Assembly (NCBI GenBank): GCA_024679065.1
Contig: JAGIQG010000011.1
Location: forward strand, 80,042,001 to 80,106,000
Direction of reading: 5' to 3'
Source: Sphyrna mokarran
Lineage: Eukaryota
DNA length: 64,000 nt
Numbering within the stretch: the stretch's first letter is position 1; each line of letters starts with the position of its first letter. The notes beneath the pieces were generated by a model. It was not told where the DNA came from, searched no databases, and saw only the letters and a program-made list of their open reading frames with translations. This document shows positions 13,635 to 25,510 of the stretch, in pieces. The translations under genes were made by a program, and so were the position numbers.

Positions 13635-14100
13635 GAGAGTAAGAAGTCTCACAACACCAGGTTAAAGACCAACAGGTTTATTTGGTGGCATGAACTTTTG
13701 AAGCGCTGCCCCTTCATCAGGAGAGTTAGGTTCCCGAACAGAGCATATAGACACAGGGTAAACTTTTGACAAAAGCTTACCTGGACTCAAAATGTCAGCT
13801 CTTTTTTCTCCTTATAGATGCTGCCAGACCTGCTGAGATTTTCCAACATTCCCTCTTTTTGATGATGTATAGATACAGACTCAATTGCAAGATAATGGTT
13901 GGAATGCGAGTCTTAACAAGTAGTCAAGTTTTTACAGGTACAGACAATGCAAGTGGAGAGAGGATTAATCACAGGTAGAAGAGATGTGAATTGTCTCAAG
14001 CCAGAACACTTGATAAGATTTTGCAAGCTCAGGCAAGTTGTGGGGGTTACACAGATAGTGTGACATGAACCCAAAATCCCAATTAAGGCCATCCTCATGT
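13635..14100 (-). mobile_element. Penelope-like element 3' fragment with decayed hammerhead motif; interrupted by a family-2 fragment (~13765-13860)
   Basis: 13870-14100 is the reverse complement of 52770-52985 and continues into CTGATGAAGGGGCAGCGCTTCAAAAG...AATAAACCTGTTGG. Confidence 0.8.
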
Positions 14101-14106
14101 GTGAGT

Positions 14107-14130
14107 GAGAGAGAGAGAGAGAGAGAGAGA
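14107..14130. repeat. (GA)n microsatellite ~90 bp into intron 3
   Basis: Direct reading. Confidence 0.92.
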
Positions 14131-14219
14131 AAGAAGGGGGAGTGAGAGGGCTGTAGCGGACTGAATTAAGAAGAATGACTCACAAAATAAATTAAAATAT
14201 CGGGTTCTGCAGACACTCA

Positions 14220-14459
<240 letters not shown>

Positions 14460-15014
14460 CTATGGTCTTTCCAATAATTTAAATGAACTTTTTCAGCCTT
14501 GGACTGAAGTCTCAATAGTGCCTGTGTGGTTTGGTAACAGGATTAAAAAAGAAGAAATGTTTGCAACTGCAAAGTTACTAATACAGTTGCCACACAGAAC
14601 GAGGCCTCTGCTCTGTTTTGGTAACCCGGTTGATGTTAGTAGAGAGAATTCAAAATGCAAAAGGCACAAATAATGATGTAGCCTTCAAAATTAAAACAAA
14701 AGGACAAAACAAAATTGAGGAAAATTAGCAACAATACATGGAACAAAAATTTAGAAATTCTCAATTCACTGCAATGTCTGCTACTCAGATGTAGTCAGAC
14801 ATGTTACCACTGGTGAGAAAGAGAAATTAAACCCAAAAGGATTTGCCCCTTCGGTAGTTAAGGTTCCAAAATAAATTCTTTAATTCCAAAAATAACAGTT
14901 GCACTTCATTCTTTATCAAGTTCTACCTGGCACGTAAATACTTGAACATATTTATAGGAATGGAATCGTTCACAGTTTCAATGTGAATAAATTTGTACCT
15001 TTCCTTGAATATTC

Positions 15015-15638
15015 AAGTTTAAATTTATTTATCAGTCACAAGAAGGCTTACATTAACACTGTGATGAAGTTATGTTGTGAAAATCCCCTAGTTACCACAT
15101 CCTAGCGCCTGTTCGGGTACACAGAGAGAATTTAGCATGGCCAATGCACCTTATCAGCATGTCTTTCGGACCGTGGGAGGAAACCGGGGCATTGAAGGAA
15201 ACCTGCACAGACATGAAGAGAATGTGCAAACTCCACAGAGACAGTGATCCAAATCGGGAATCAAACCCGAGTCCCTAGCAGTAGTGCTAACCATTGTGCC
15301 ACTGTGCTGCCTGTTACAACGGAGTAGCACAGCAGCACAGTGGTTAGCGCTGCAGCCTCACAGTGCCAGGGATCCAGATTCAATTCCCAGTTTGGGTCAC
15401 TGTGTGGAGTTTGCACATATTCCCCATGTCTGTGTGTCTTTCCTCCGGGTGTTGTGGGTTCCACCCAGAGTCCAAGACATGTTGATTAGGTGCATTGGCC
15501 ATGCTAAATTCTCCCTCAGTGTACCTGAATGGGTGCCGGAGTGTGGCAACAACAGGATTTTCACAGTAACTTCATTGCAGTGTTAATTATGCTCCTTGAT
15601 TACCTGTACGTCTATTGTGATACTAATAAATAAATTTA
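15015..15638. mobile_element. Head-to-head pair of tail-b V-SINEs (15015-15311 -, 15327-15638 +)
   Basis: Two full copies in opposite orientation ~15 bp apart. Confidence 0.9.
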
Positions 15639-16809
15639 AATGTTAATATGACTTGTACAACTGCAATTTATAGTGAGAACATTTGGGTTAGATTTTTTTC
15701 TCCAAATTATACATAGCGTCAAACGTTACACCTAGTTCAGAAAAAATATAGCTGCCTGGAGTTCTATGTAGATCGAACAAAAAGCTCCCCGAGATGTTTT
15801 AAAATGTAATACAAAGCAGGAAACATCACAGCAATATAATCTCCCTTGTTCCGTGACCCAGCTCATGAACATAGCAGCTACTACGACGGTCTTTTTTCCT
15901 GCAGTTACTGTGCCCTATCCAAGTTTGTAATTGTACAGCTAGGAACTGGGGGTGGCTATTCAGCTCTTCAAGTCTGTGCTGCAAGTCATTTAGATAGACA
16001 GGACTGATCTACCCACCACCAACAACAAAAAACAATCAATCCATCTCAGTTTTAAAAATGTTCAACTGACCTAAGTCACAGGTGTTTTTTTTTGGGGGGG
16101 GGGCACTTTGAGAGGTGGTTGGAAAAGAGAATTCTTGAATTTCCTTTCCATGCAGATGATCTAAAGATTCGTAGGTTAGGTGGATAGGGTTACAAAATGG
16201 GGGTGGGTTGATGTGGGCTTGTGTAAGCACTTTGGGAGAGTTGGTGCAGACTCGAAGGGCTGAATGGCCTCCTTCTGCACTGTAGGGATTCTATGGTTCT
16301 GTGAAATTCTGAATACCTGCGAACACTTGTACTTTTCATTGAAAGTCATCTCCTGACTTCAAGACTGTCTGACCTGCAGATCAGAAAATTTCTCATTTGG
16401 AGATGGACTCAACTGCATTTTGACTTTCAGAAAGCAATTCATTCTCATGCTTAAAATGAACTCAGCATCTCCCTCAGACTCCCCATGGAGTCAAAGCAAT
16501 ATCGAATGCTAAATTAAATAAAAAAAAGCAAATGTAAATTATATTAATACAACACCAAACAGATTTCCCAGTTGGACCATGTTTCTTAAGGACAAGAATG
16601 CCATATTGTGCACTGTGCATTAATCTGCTGTCAAAAAGAGTGGTGTAGTCTCTTCAAAAATTATAATTGACCATAACACACTCCTTCCCATGTATTTCAT
16701 ATCAGCCACAGCAGACTTGGCTTAAAGATCTGCTTTGAAGTAGACAGGGCAACGTAGACAGGTTAAAGATTAAAACATCATTTGGTTCCAACTGGGTGGC
16801 ACAGCTATA

Positions 16810-17322
16810 CTTTTGGGTGGCACAGTGGTTAGTAGTGCTGACTAACAGCATCAGGACCCAGATTCAATTCCTGCCTTGGGTGAACGTCTGTGTGGAGTTT
16901 GCACTTTCTCCCCGTATCTACTTGGGTTTCGTCCGGGTGCCCTGGTTTCTTGCCACAGTCCAAAGATGTGTAGGTTAGTGCATTGATCATAAAACATATG
17001 CAGTGGCACAGAAGCCCAATGGTTAACACTGCTACCTTACAGCGCCAGGGATCCAGATTCAATTCCAGTCTCGGGTGACTGTCTCTGCGGACTTCACACA
17101 TTCTCCCCGCATGGATTTCCTCCAGTGCTCTGGTTTCCTCCCAAAGATGTATAAGTTAGGTGCACTGGCCATGCCAGATTGCCCCAAGATACATAGGTTA
17201 GGGGGATTAGTGGGAGAAATCAGTGAGGCTACTGCAGAGTAGGGCCTGTGTGCAATACTCTCAGTGAAACAGTGCAGTCTTGATGGGCTGAATGGCCTCC
17301 TTCTGCATTGTAGTGATTCTAC
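16810..17322 (+). mobile_element. Two tandem HE1-type V-SINEs
   Basis: Heads at ~16815 and ~17003; the second has a tail. Confidence 0.88.
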
Positions 17323-18416
17323 AAATCCAGTATGCCATTATCAATTCAGTCTCACATAACCTATTTTAAAAAAAATTCAAATTACATTTTTTAAAGATGA
17401 TTAAAAACTATAAAAATTACAGGAGTTAATCGTGGCAATCTCAGATAGCTCAAATCATTTCCCACAAAAGATTTATATTGCGAGATACAAGATGATAGTT
17501 GCTCAATCAGGCATCCTTGGCAAGATGTCTCACTTGAGGTTAATGCTGATTGGGGAATGAGAGTGGGAAGTCCATTCTTCCTATTTAAAAGCAATGTGCT
17601 CCACCTCCAAAATCTGCAATATGCTTCCCTCCATGTGAAGCTCTGATGGAAAGGGCAAAAATCGAGAGCATTCCCTTCCATCAAGTATCATTCCGACAAG
17701 AACACTGCACAAATATAGCCATTCGAAACTTGTGGGGGAAGCCTCTTGTTTTGTCACCTCTGCTGAAGGTGGTCATTAGCGACAAAGATCTTTCATTTTC
17801 ATATCACCCAGAAGAATAGCGCATTGTTCAAGCCGCTTCTCAGTGAAACATTACTTCAAATAAATCTCTGCGCACTCAGTGTTTCACTCAAATGGTTGAG
17901 TTTATTCTAAAAGGAACATTTTCACACTGTAATAACTCAGAACTTCTAGCTTCTTTTCAGGCCAGTGATGAATACTAACTTGAAAACCCAAGGTAATAAA
18001 AAAGGTGAAAAGATTGGGAGCAACAACTTTAGTTAGGGAGTCCAGGACAAAGCGGCACCAGTCTGAAGTTAAAGTCAGGAATGAAATTAGGAAATAACTA
18101 TTCATGCAAAAGGTTGGCAGAATTTGGAACATAAAAGGCAAAATACTGCAGATGCTGGAATCTCAAACAAAAAATGCGGGAAAATCTCAGCAGGACTAAC
18201 AGCATCTGTGGAGAGAGAGTATTGAGTCAATATTTTGAGTCTCAATGACTCTGTCACAGCCCTGATAGAGTGTTCCAGACTTGAAACATTGGCAGAATTT
18301 GGAACTCTACACAAACGGCATTTGTTGCTATGATACATGTCAATTTAAAAATCTAAGATTGATAGACTTTTATTAGCCAAAGCCATTAGGGAAGATTCGT
18401 TATTCAAGTATATCGA

Positions 18417-18522
18417 CATGTTAAAGTCCAACACAGTTATTTGGTAGCACCTGTTCGTCTTTAACCCGGAATTGTGAGACTTCTTACTCTGCCCACCCCA
18501 GTCCAACGCCAGCATCTCTACA
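18417..18522. mobile_element. Penelope-derived terminal fragment with 13-bp TSD
   Basis: Ends CCCCAGTCCAACGCCAGCATCTCTACATC; TCAAGTATATCGA at 18404-18416 and 18523-18535. Confidence 0.75.
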
Positions 18523-19091
18523 TCAAGTATATCGAAACTGTAAAACTTTTTTGTGGCACCTTAATGACTAAGTTCAGTGCTAAAATGCAGATGAGTCAGC
18601 GACAGTGTGTCTGGCAAATTAATAATTTTTTTCAAAAGTTTATTTATTAGTGTCCCAAGTAGGTTCACATGAACACTGCAATGAAGTTACTGTGAAAATT
18701 CCCTAGTCGTCTGTTCAGGTGCACCGAGAGAGAATTTATTTCGGTCAATGCATCTAACCAGCACGTTTTTGGACTATGGGAGGAAACCTATGCAGACATG
18801 GGGAGAATGTGCAAACTCCTCACAGATAGTGATCCAAGCCAGGAATCAAACCCAGTCCCTAATCACTGTGCCATCTCCTTTGGAGGAGAAGTAATGAATT
18901 GGCAGATATATTGAACTAATAGTGTGTATGCTTTCATCGTTGTACGCATAAGTAACATCCCAGAAATCATTATAAATCAAGAGATGTAAGAGAGGGAGGA
19001 ACTTAAAATTATTCAGGACAATACGCTTTTTCAGAGAGTAGGTGCAGACTCAATGGGCTGAATGGCCTCCTTCTGTATGATAGGGATTAGG

Positions 19092-19420
19092 ACATAGAAT
19101 CCTATAGTGCAGAAAGAGGCCATCCAGCTTATTGAGTCTGCACCAATCACAATCCCACCCAGCCCTATCCCCACATATTTACCCACTGATCCCTCTAACC
19201 TTTGCATCCCAGGACACTAAGGGGCAACTTAAAATGGCCAATCAACCTAACCTGCACACTTTTGGACTGTGGGAGGAAACTGGAGCACCCGGAAGAAACC
19301 AATGCACGCACAGAGAGAATGTGCAAACTCCACACACGGAGTAACCTGAGCTGGGATTCGAACCCAGGTCCCAGGAACTGTGAGGCAGCAGTACTAACCA
19401 TTGTGCTACCGTGCCGCCCA
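19092..19420 (-). mobile_element. HE1-type V-SINE
   Basis: Full length; tail-to-tail with a + tail at 19020-19090. Confidence 0.9.
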
Positions 19421-20052
19421 TTTTATAACTCTATGAAGGCTGACAAGGCCTCAGATCCTGATGGACTTCATTCTCGGGTCTTAAACGAGAAATGGCTGTT
19501 AAGACAGCAGAAGCATTGGTTTTAATTTTCCAAAATTCCCCGATTCTGGATGGTCCCATCAGATGGGAAAGTAATGAATGCAATTCCTCTATTCAAGGAA
19601 GGAGAGATAGAATGTCAGACAAATAGCTTAACGCATGTCATAGGAATCAGGCTGGAATCGATTGTTAAGGAGGGCACTTAAAAAATCTTAACGCAATCAT
19701 GCATGGTTTCTGTAAGGGAAATTATATTTGACCAAACTATTAGAGCTCTTCGAGGAAGTAACAAGCAACTGGAGATGTGGTGCATTTGGATTTCCAAAAG
19801 GCATTTAACAAGTCCCCCTTAAAAGGTCAGTACATAAGAAGAGCTCATGCTGTAATATATTAGCATGGATAGAGGCTAACTAACAAAAAACAGTATGCAT
19901 AAATGGTTCATTTTCACTCTAACAATCTATAACTACTGGACCGCCACATGGATCAGTAACGGGCTCTCAGTTATTTGCAAATCATATCAACAACTTGGAA
20001 GAAAGGATTGAACGCCCGATTGATAAAATTAAATTGTTGATGGCTCAAAGCT

Positions 20053-20365
20053 GGCAGCATGGTGGTTAGCACTGCTGCCTCACAGTACTAGGGATCCTGG
20101 TTCAATTCTAGCCTCAGGTGACAGTGTGGAGCTTGCACTTTCTCCCCGTGTCGGCACGGATTTCCTCTGGGTGCTTTGGCTCATTCCGACAGTCCAAAAA
20201 TGTGCAGATTAGGTTGATTGGCCATGATAAATTGCCCCTTAGTGTCAGGGGGATTAGAAAGGTAAATACATGGGGTTTCAGAGATGGGACTTGGGTGGAA
20301 TTGTTGTCAGTGCAGACTCAATGGGCCAAATGGCCTTCTTCTGCACTGTAGGGATTCCATGATTC
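20053..20365 (+). mobile_element. HE1-type V-SINE within CR1
   Basis: Full length. Confidence 0.9.
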
Positions 20366-21663
20366 GAAGGTAGAAGAATAGGCTGTGAGGGGATAAAAAA
20401 AAATCTGCAAAGAGATGTAGCTAGGTTAAGTGAGAGGAAAAAAATTTGACAGATGAAATATAATGTAGGATAATGTGAACTTTCCAATTTGGCAAGAAGA
20501 ATAGAAACACAATGTGTTATTTAAATGGACAGAGATTGCAAAACTGAGCAGCACAGAGTGTTCTAGTACCTGAATCACCACAGTAGGACCCAGGTACAGC
20601 AAGCGATTAGCAAGGCAAATGGAATGTTGTTTATTGCAAAGGGAATTGAATATAAAAGCAAGGATGTTTTCCTACAATCGCACAATGCATTGGTCAGACC
20701 ACATCTGGAGCTTGGTGTACAGATTTAGTCTCCTTACTTAAGAAAGGATATAATTACATTTAAAGCAGTTCAGGGAAGATTTACTCGGTTAATTTCTGAG
20801 TCAAAGGAATTGTCTTATGGAGGAAAAATCAGTACATATCCATTGGAGGTTAGAAAAATAAAAGATGATCTTAAAGAAACAGAGAAGATTCTGTGGGGCT
20901 TGACAGAGAAGATTCTGTGGGTGAATGCCAAAAGAATCTTTCTCCTTAAGGGTATGACCAGAGCCAGGGGGCACAGTTAAAACGGATTTCCAGTCTATGA
21001 CAAGGAGTAGGAATTTATTCTGAGTCATAAAGGTTTACAGGTCTGGAAACAGGGTGTTCAGCCCAACTTATGTGTGTCGCCCAATTTTTACCAATAAATA
21101 AGTCCCAATTGCTCATGATATAGTCTCTCCGTCTACAAGGGCAATATAGTCTGTCCAACTACGTTCCATTCACTGGAGGATGGTCTCTGTGCTCTGGAGC
21201 CCAGCATGATGAAGGACTTCATTGATTTGGCCCATATCCCACTATACCAATATATATGTGTAACTGTCTAAACGCTTTTCAAAAGATAAAATCATACTCG
21301 CCTCTAATACTCTCTCTGGCAGCTCGTTCCAGACACTCACCACCCTCTGTGTGAAAAAACTGGCTGGCTCTCCTCTTCACCTTAAACCTATGCCCTCTAG
21401 TTTTAGACCCCCCTACTTTTGGGAAAAGATGGTGTCTATCTACCTTATCCATGCCCCTCATTATATTACAGAGAGGGTTATTAGTTTGTGGAATGCTCTT
21501 CCCCAGCGTGCAGTGGAAGCAGGGTCGTTGCATATTTTTAAGGCCGAGTTAGATTGACCCCCTTGTCAGTCAAACATCTGAGTGTGTAGTGGAGTAGACA
21601 GGATGGCAGAAACCACAATCAGATCAGCCAAGATCTTGTCAAATGGTGAGTCCTGCACCTAAT

Positions 21664-22020
21664 TCAGATGCCCATGTACGATTGGCATGGATGGTCACAG
21701 GTGTGTGTGTGTGTGCGCGTGTGCGTGTGTATATTCCAGAGGTGGGGTACATTCCGGAGGTGGGGGAAGAACGTCTGCAGCTGTGCCACCTCTCCCTTCC
21801 TCTGGTTTTGTGGGTTTGGTCCAGACAGTCTCAGAACTTGCTGAACCACATTTCAATGCCTACCTCCACATCGGATGGTCAGCTGCAGTGTGTTTTCTCC
21901 CACCCCCGCAAAAGAGCAGGTCTGCAAAAGTTTTTATGGTGTCCTTATATTGTTTCTACTGACCCTCTTGACGTCATATACCCCCAGACAGTTTCCCGTG
22001 GAAGATTTGCTTGGGTATTA
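21664..22020 (-). mobile_element. RTE-clade LINE 3' fragment
   Basis: PKQIFHGKLSGG..RQEGQ.KQYKDTIK and terminal TCDHPCQSYMGI resemble the RTE ORF C-terminus. Confidence 0.65.
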
Positions 22021-22211
22021 TGTCATCATCTATGGGTGGGTGGTGGGGGGGGGGGGTAGTGGATATAGACTATTCATCTAAGTTCCATCATCAGGAGGGT
22101 AGTCTCTGTGCTGTGGAGTCAAGCATGATGAAGGACCTCATTGATTGGGAAGATTGTCCTGGCATCAAATGGTGGAAGCATTCTAGAAATAGGGAAAAAG
22201 ATGGAAAAATG

Positions 22212-22340
22212 GGCTGGAATTCTCTGACCTTGCCTGCAGTTGGGATCGTCTGCTCCCGCTGATGTGAATGGAGATTTGCCCGAGTGCCAAATTCTCCCGT
22301 CTTGCAGTGGCAGGGGCGAATGAGGCAGAGAATTCCAGCC
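22212..22340. mobile_element. MITE with 15-bp TIRs and 3-bp TSD (Harbinger-like); related ~35305-35420, 60403-60529
   Basis: GGCTGGAATTCTCTG / CAGAGAATTCCAGCC perfect TIR, flanked by ATG on both sides. Confidence 0.7.
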
Positions 22341-22787
22341 ATGGAGTTAGGCTGCAGATCAGCTGTGATCGTACTGAAGGACAGAATACACTGAAAGCGT
22401 TAAATGATTACTCTTGTTCCTATGTTAAAGTTAATTTATCAGTCACAAGTAAGGCTTACATTAATACTGCAATGAAGTTACTGTGAAATTCCCCAAAGTC
22501 GCCTTATTTCAGTACCTGTTTGGGTCAACACACCTAACCAGCATGCCTTTCAGACTGTGGGAGGAAGCCGGACCACCTGGAGCAAACCCACGCAGGCACA
22601 GGGAGAATGTGCAAACTCCACACAGATAGTGACTGAAGCTGGGAATTGAACCAGGGTCCTGGTGCTGCAAGGCAGCAGCGCCAACCACTGTGCCACCCCT
22701 ATATTCCTAGATGTAAGGTAACTGCAAAATATTGCGGATGCTGGAATCTGAAACAATGTCTGACAGCATCTGTGGAGAATAGAGTCG

Positions 22788-22825
22788 AGGCAATGTTTCG
22801 AGTCTCAATGACCCTTCGTCAGTTA
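22788..22825 (-). ncRNA. Minimal hammerhead ribozyme-like motif (family 2)
   Basis: Minus strand: CUGACGA A GGGUC-AUUGA-GACUC GAAA CAUU GCC; CAUU is probably CpG-decayed CGUU. Confidence 0.5.
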
Positions 22826-23118
22826 TGCCAAGTTCAGTTGCAAGACAACCGACCATATCAGGTGAACAAAAGTTCTGGTGGCCAAAATGAGAAGGAAGAA
22901 ATTTTTTTTAATTTTAGGGTTAAAGTTAAAGTTAAAAGGTCCGTTGTCTAGTATTCTGCTGGACTGCCTTGAAATTTTTGATAGTAGTGAACAGGACTGA
23001 GACATCTGCGGGTGGAACTCTGCACTTGTATAAGTTAGCTTATGTCAAGATCCACTGTATGACAGGAGTGAGGAAGTAGGACTGAGCATTATCCTATTGC
23101 ATGTTCCCAAAGTACAAA

Positions 23119-23345
23119 TGATGTGGAGATACTGGCATTGGACTGGATAAACACAGTAAGAAATCTCATAACATCAGGTTAAAGTCCAAAGGTTTATTTG
23201 GTAACAAACCCCACTAGCTTTCAGAGCGCTGCTCCTTCGTCAGGTCACTCATCTGACAAAGGAACAGTGTTCTGAAAGCTAGTGGGGTTTGTTATCAAAT
23301 AAGCCTTTGGACTTTAACCTGGCGTTATGAGATTTCTTACTGTGT
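23119..23345. mobile_element. Fold-back Penelope-derived mini-element with two head-to-head hammerhead-like cores and 12-bp TSD
   Basis: Arms 23151-23243 and 23253-23345 are near-complementary; TSD CCAAAGTACAAA at 23107-23118 and 23346-23357. Confidence 0.85.
23210..23246 (-). ncRNA. Minimal type I hammerhead ribozyme-like motif (family 1)
   Basis: Minus strand: CUGACGA A GGAGC-AGC-GCUCU GAA AGCU A GUG. Core nucleotides intact, palindromic AGCU stem III. Confidence 0.6.
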
Positions 23346-24195
23346 CCAAAGTACAAAGACAGCTTCATTTCAGAACGAGACATTTTACTTGTAATTTACT
23401 GGAAACAATATAGTTAGCAATATAGCCAGTGTGTGAGGCAATGTTTATGTCTCTGGCGAGGTTTCCAATAGTTACGCCTGCAATATGCAACTGATATTGG
23501 TACAGAGATGGTTTCATAAATAGGAACTGCAATTGCTTTAAAAAAACAAGTGAATGAAATATTTTATTTCATTTAGTTCTCACGTGGCAATGTCAAACAT
23601 TTAGCCTAAAACTAAAGAAAGGCGAATGGTCGAAGTAGATGATGTGGAATATTAAATCAATTTTAATTAAAAATAAATGACCTCTACTTTAAGCCTGTAG
23701 GCTCATTGGTCAACAGGGGTCATGCTATGACAGCTGAAGGATGGAGCAGTGCAGGAGTCAGTGACCAGTTAATAGGTGGCATGTTCCCCTCAGCGAACCA
23801 CTCTCGCCTTCAGCTGCAGGAGGTCAGCCCTGCTGTAGGGAGTCAATCGTTCACTATGCTGTCAAACAATGAACAAAGAATGACACAGGACAGGAGCGGG
23901 TCCCTTGGCCCTTCAAGCCCACGCCGATCGTGATGTCCTATCTAAACTAGGAAAACTTCCTGCCTTCACTTGGTCCATATTCCTCTATTCATTTACCCAT
24001 CCAGATGTCTCTTAAATGTTGCTAATTTGCTTACTTCCACTATCCACTATCTCCTCTGACAATGTCTTCCAGCTACCCACCACTCTCTGCATGAAAAACC
24101 TCCCCAGCACATCTTCCTTAAGCTTTCCCTCTCTCACCTTGAACCTGTGCCCTCTTGTATTGACACCCTGGAAAAAGCCTCTGGCTCTCCACTCT

Positions 24196-24394
24196 GATGT
24201 AGAGATGCCGGCGTTGGACTGGGGTAAACTCAGTAAGAGGTCTGACAACATGTATCCCTGTGTTGATATGTGTGCTATTGCAGACCAGAACACCTCATTC
24301 GCCTGACGAAGGCACAAAGGCTGAAAGCTAGCAGGTTTACTATCAAATAAATCGGTTGGATTTAAAATTGGTGTTGTCAGACCTCTTACTGAGT
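24196..24394. mobile_element. Penelope-derived mini-element with inverted ends, inserted in a CR1 fragment
   Basis: AACTCAGTAAGAGGTCTGACAACA / TGTTGTCAGACCTCTTACTGAGTT inverted pair; CTGACGA..GAAAGCTA at ~24303-24330; TSD TCTCCA(C/T)TCT. Confidence 0.75.
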
Positions 24395-25254
24395 TCTCCA
24401 TTCTTTGCCCCTCATAAATTTTGTAGATCTTTATCAGGTCTCCCCTCAGGCACAAGATGACTACAATACCACACCCAACCAGTGATTTGCCAACATATGC
24501 AAGCGATATTAGATATGTCGCTTTGGTGTGGCTGTTGACCTCAAGATGGCTGCCCCACTCCAAAGCTTCAGTAGAAAATCCAGCCTGACATTGCAATACG
24601 ATACTGAGATATTAAACAGACAGGCAGCATCGCTACACTATTCTGAAAAACATTGGGAGGTTTTCCCTGACACCTTGAATATTTATCTCCCAAACAACAC
24701 TATTGATTATTGTCACTCCCAAATGCAAGACAAATTGCAAAGAAAATGGTTGCTAGTTTGCTACACTCTCCCATCATCATTGTGTGTTTACAAGCAATGA
24801 GGAATAGTCACAAAGGTTTTCTAATTTAACAGGATTCTTTTGTGATAAGTGAAAGAATTCAAGTGAAACACATTCGATGTATCATGCATAGCTCGTGTTC
24901 AAGCTGGACAAATATGTCTAAATGTATGATAAGAGAAATCAAACGCACCATCAGTGCCTATGATCAGACAATTGCAATCTTCCTCCTTGGTATTGTTGTG
25001 TTTTAAAATCTCTGATCCTTTTTCGACCAGTTTGCTTATTCCAATGTTTTACCCCGGTGCCCTCCTTTGCAAAGAGAGGTTACAGCAAATGCTTTGCCTG
25101 GAGGCTACATTGTCGTGCAATTATTCCCACACCCAGAATTTTAATTTACCAACTCCCACTACCTTATTTCATGTAGAATTAAGTCAGATAATGCAAACCC
25201 TCTTTGGCTGAACATCAGATTATTTTATGGATTTAATAGAGAAAAACACGCACC

Positions 25255-25510
25255 GAGCCTGCGATAACAATCCCACACAGGCCTTATCCCCGTAATCCCA
25301 TGTATTTATCCTGATAATCCCCTTGACACTAAGTGTGGTCAATCCACCTAACCCACACATTTTTGGACTGTGGGAGGAAACTGCAGCAACCGGAGAAACC
25401 CACGCAGACACGGGGAGAATGCGCAAACTCCACACAGAGTTAGCAGAGGCTGGAATTGAACTGGGGGTCCCTGGCATTGCGAGGCAGCAGAGCAAGCCAC
25501 TGTGCCACAG
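25255..25510 (-). mobile_element. HE1-type V-SINE
   Basis: Head and V-domain. Confidence 0.88.

Larger units (their letters stand above)
18880..21025 (+). mobile_element. Long decayed CR1 LINE interrupted by HE1 SINEs
   Basis: KADKASDPDGLHSRVL, LDFQKAF and LVRPHLE motifs in order across 19430-20800. Confidence 0.85.

Noticed and set aside
24012-24596. 194-aa ORF
   Set aside because: CR1 fragment interrupted by a Penelope-derived insert.
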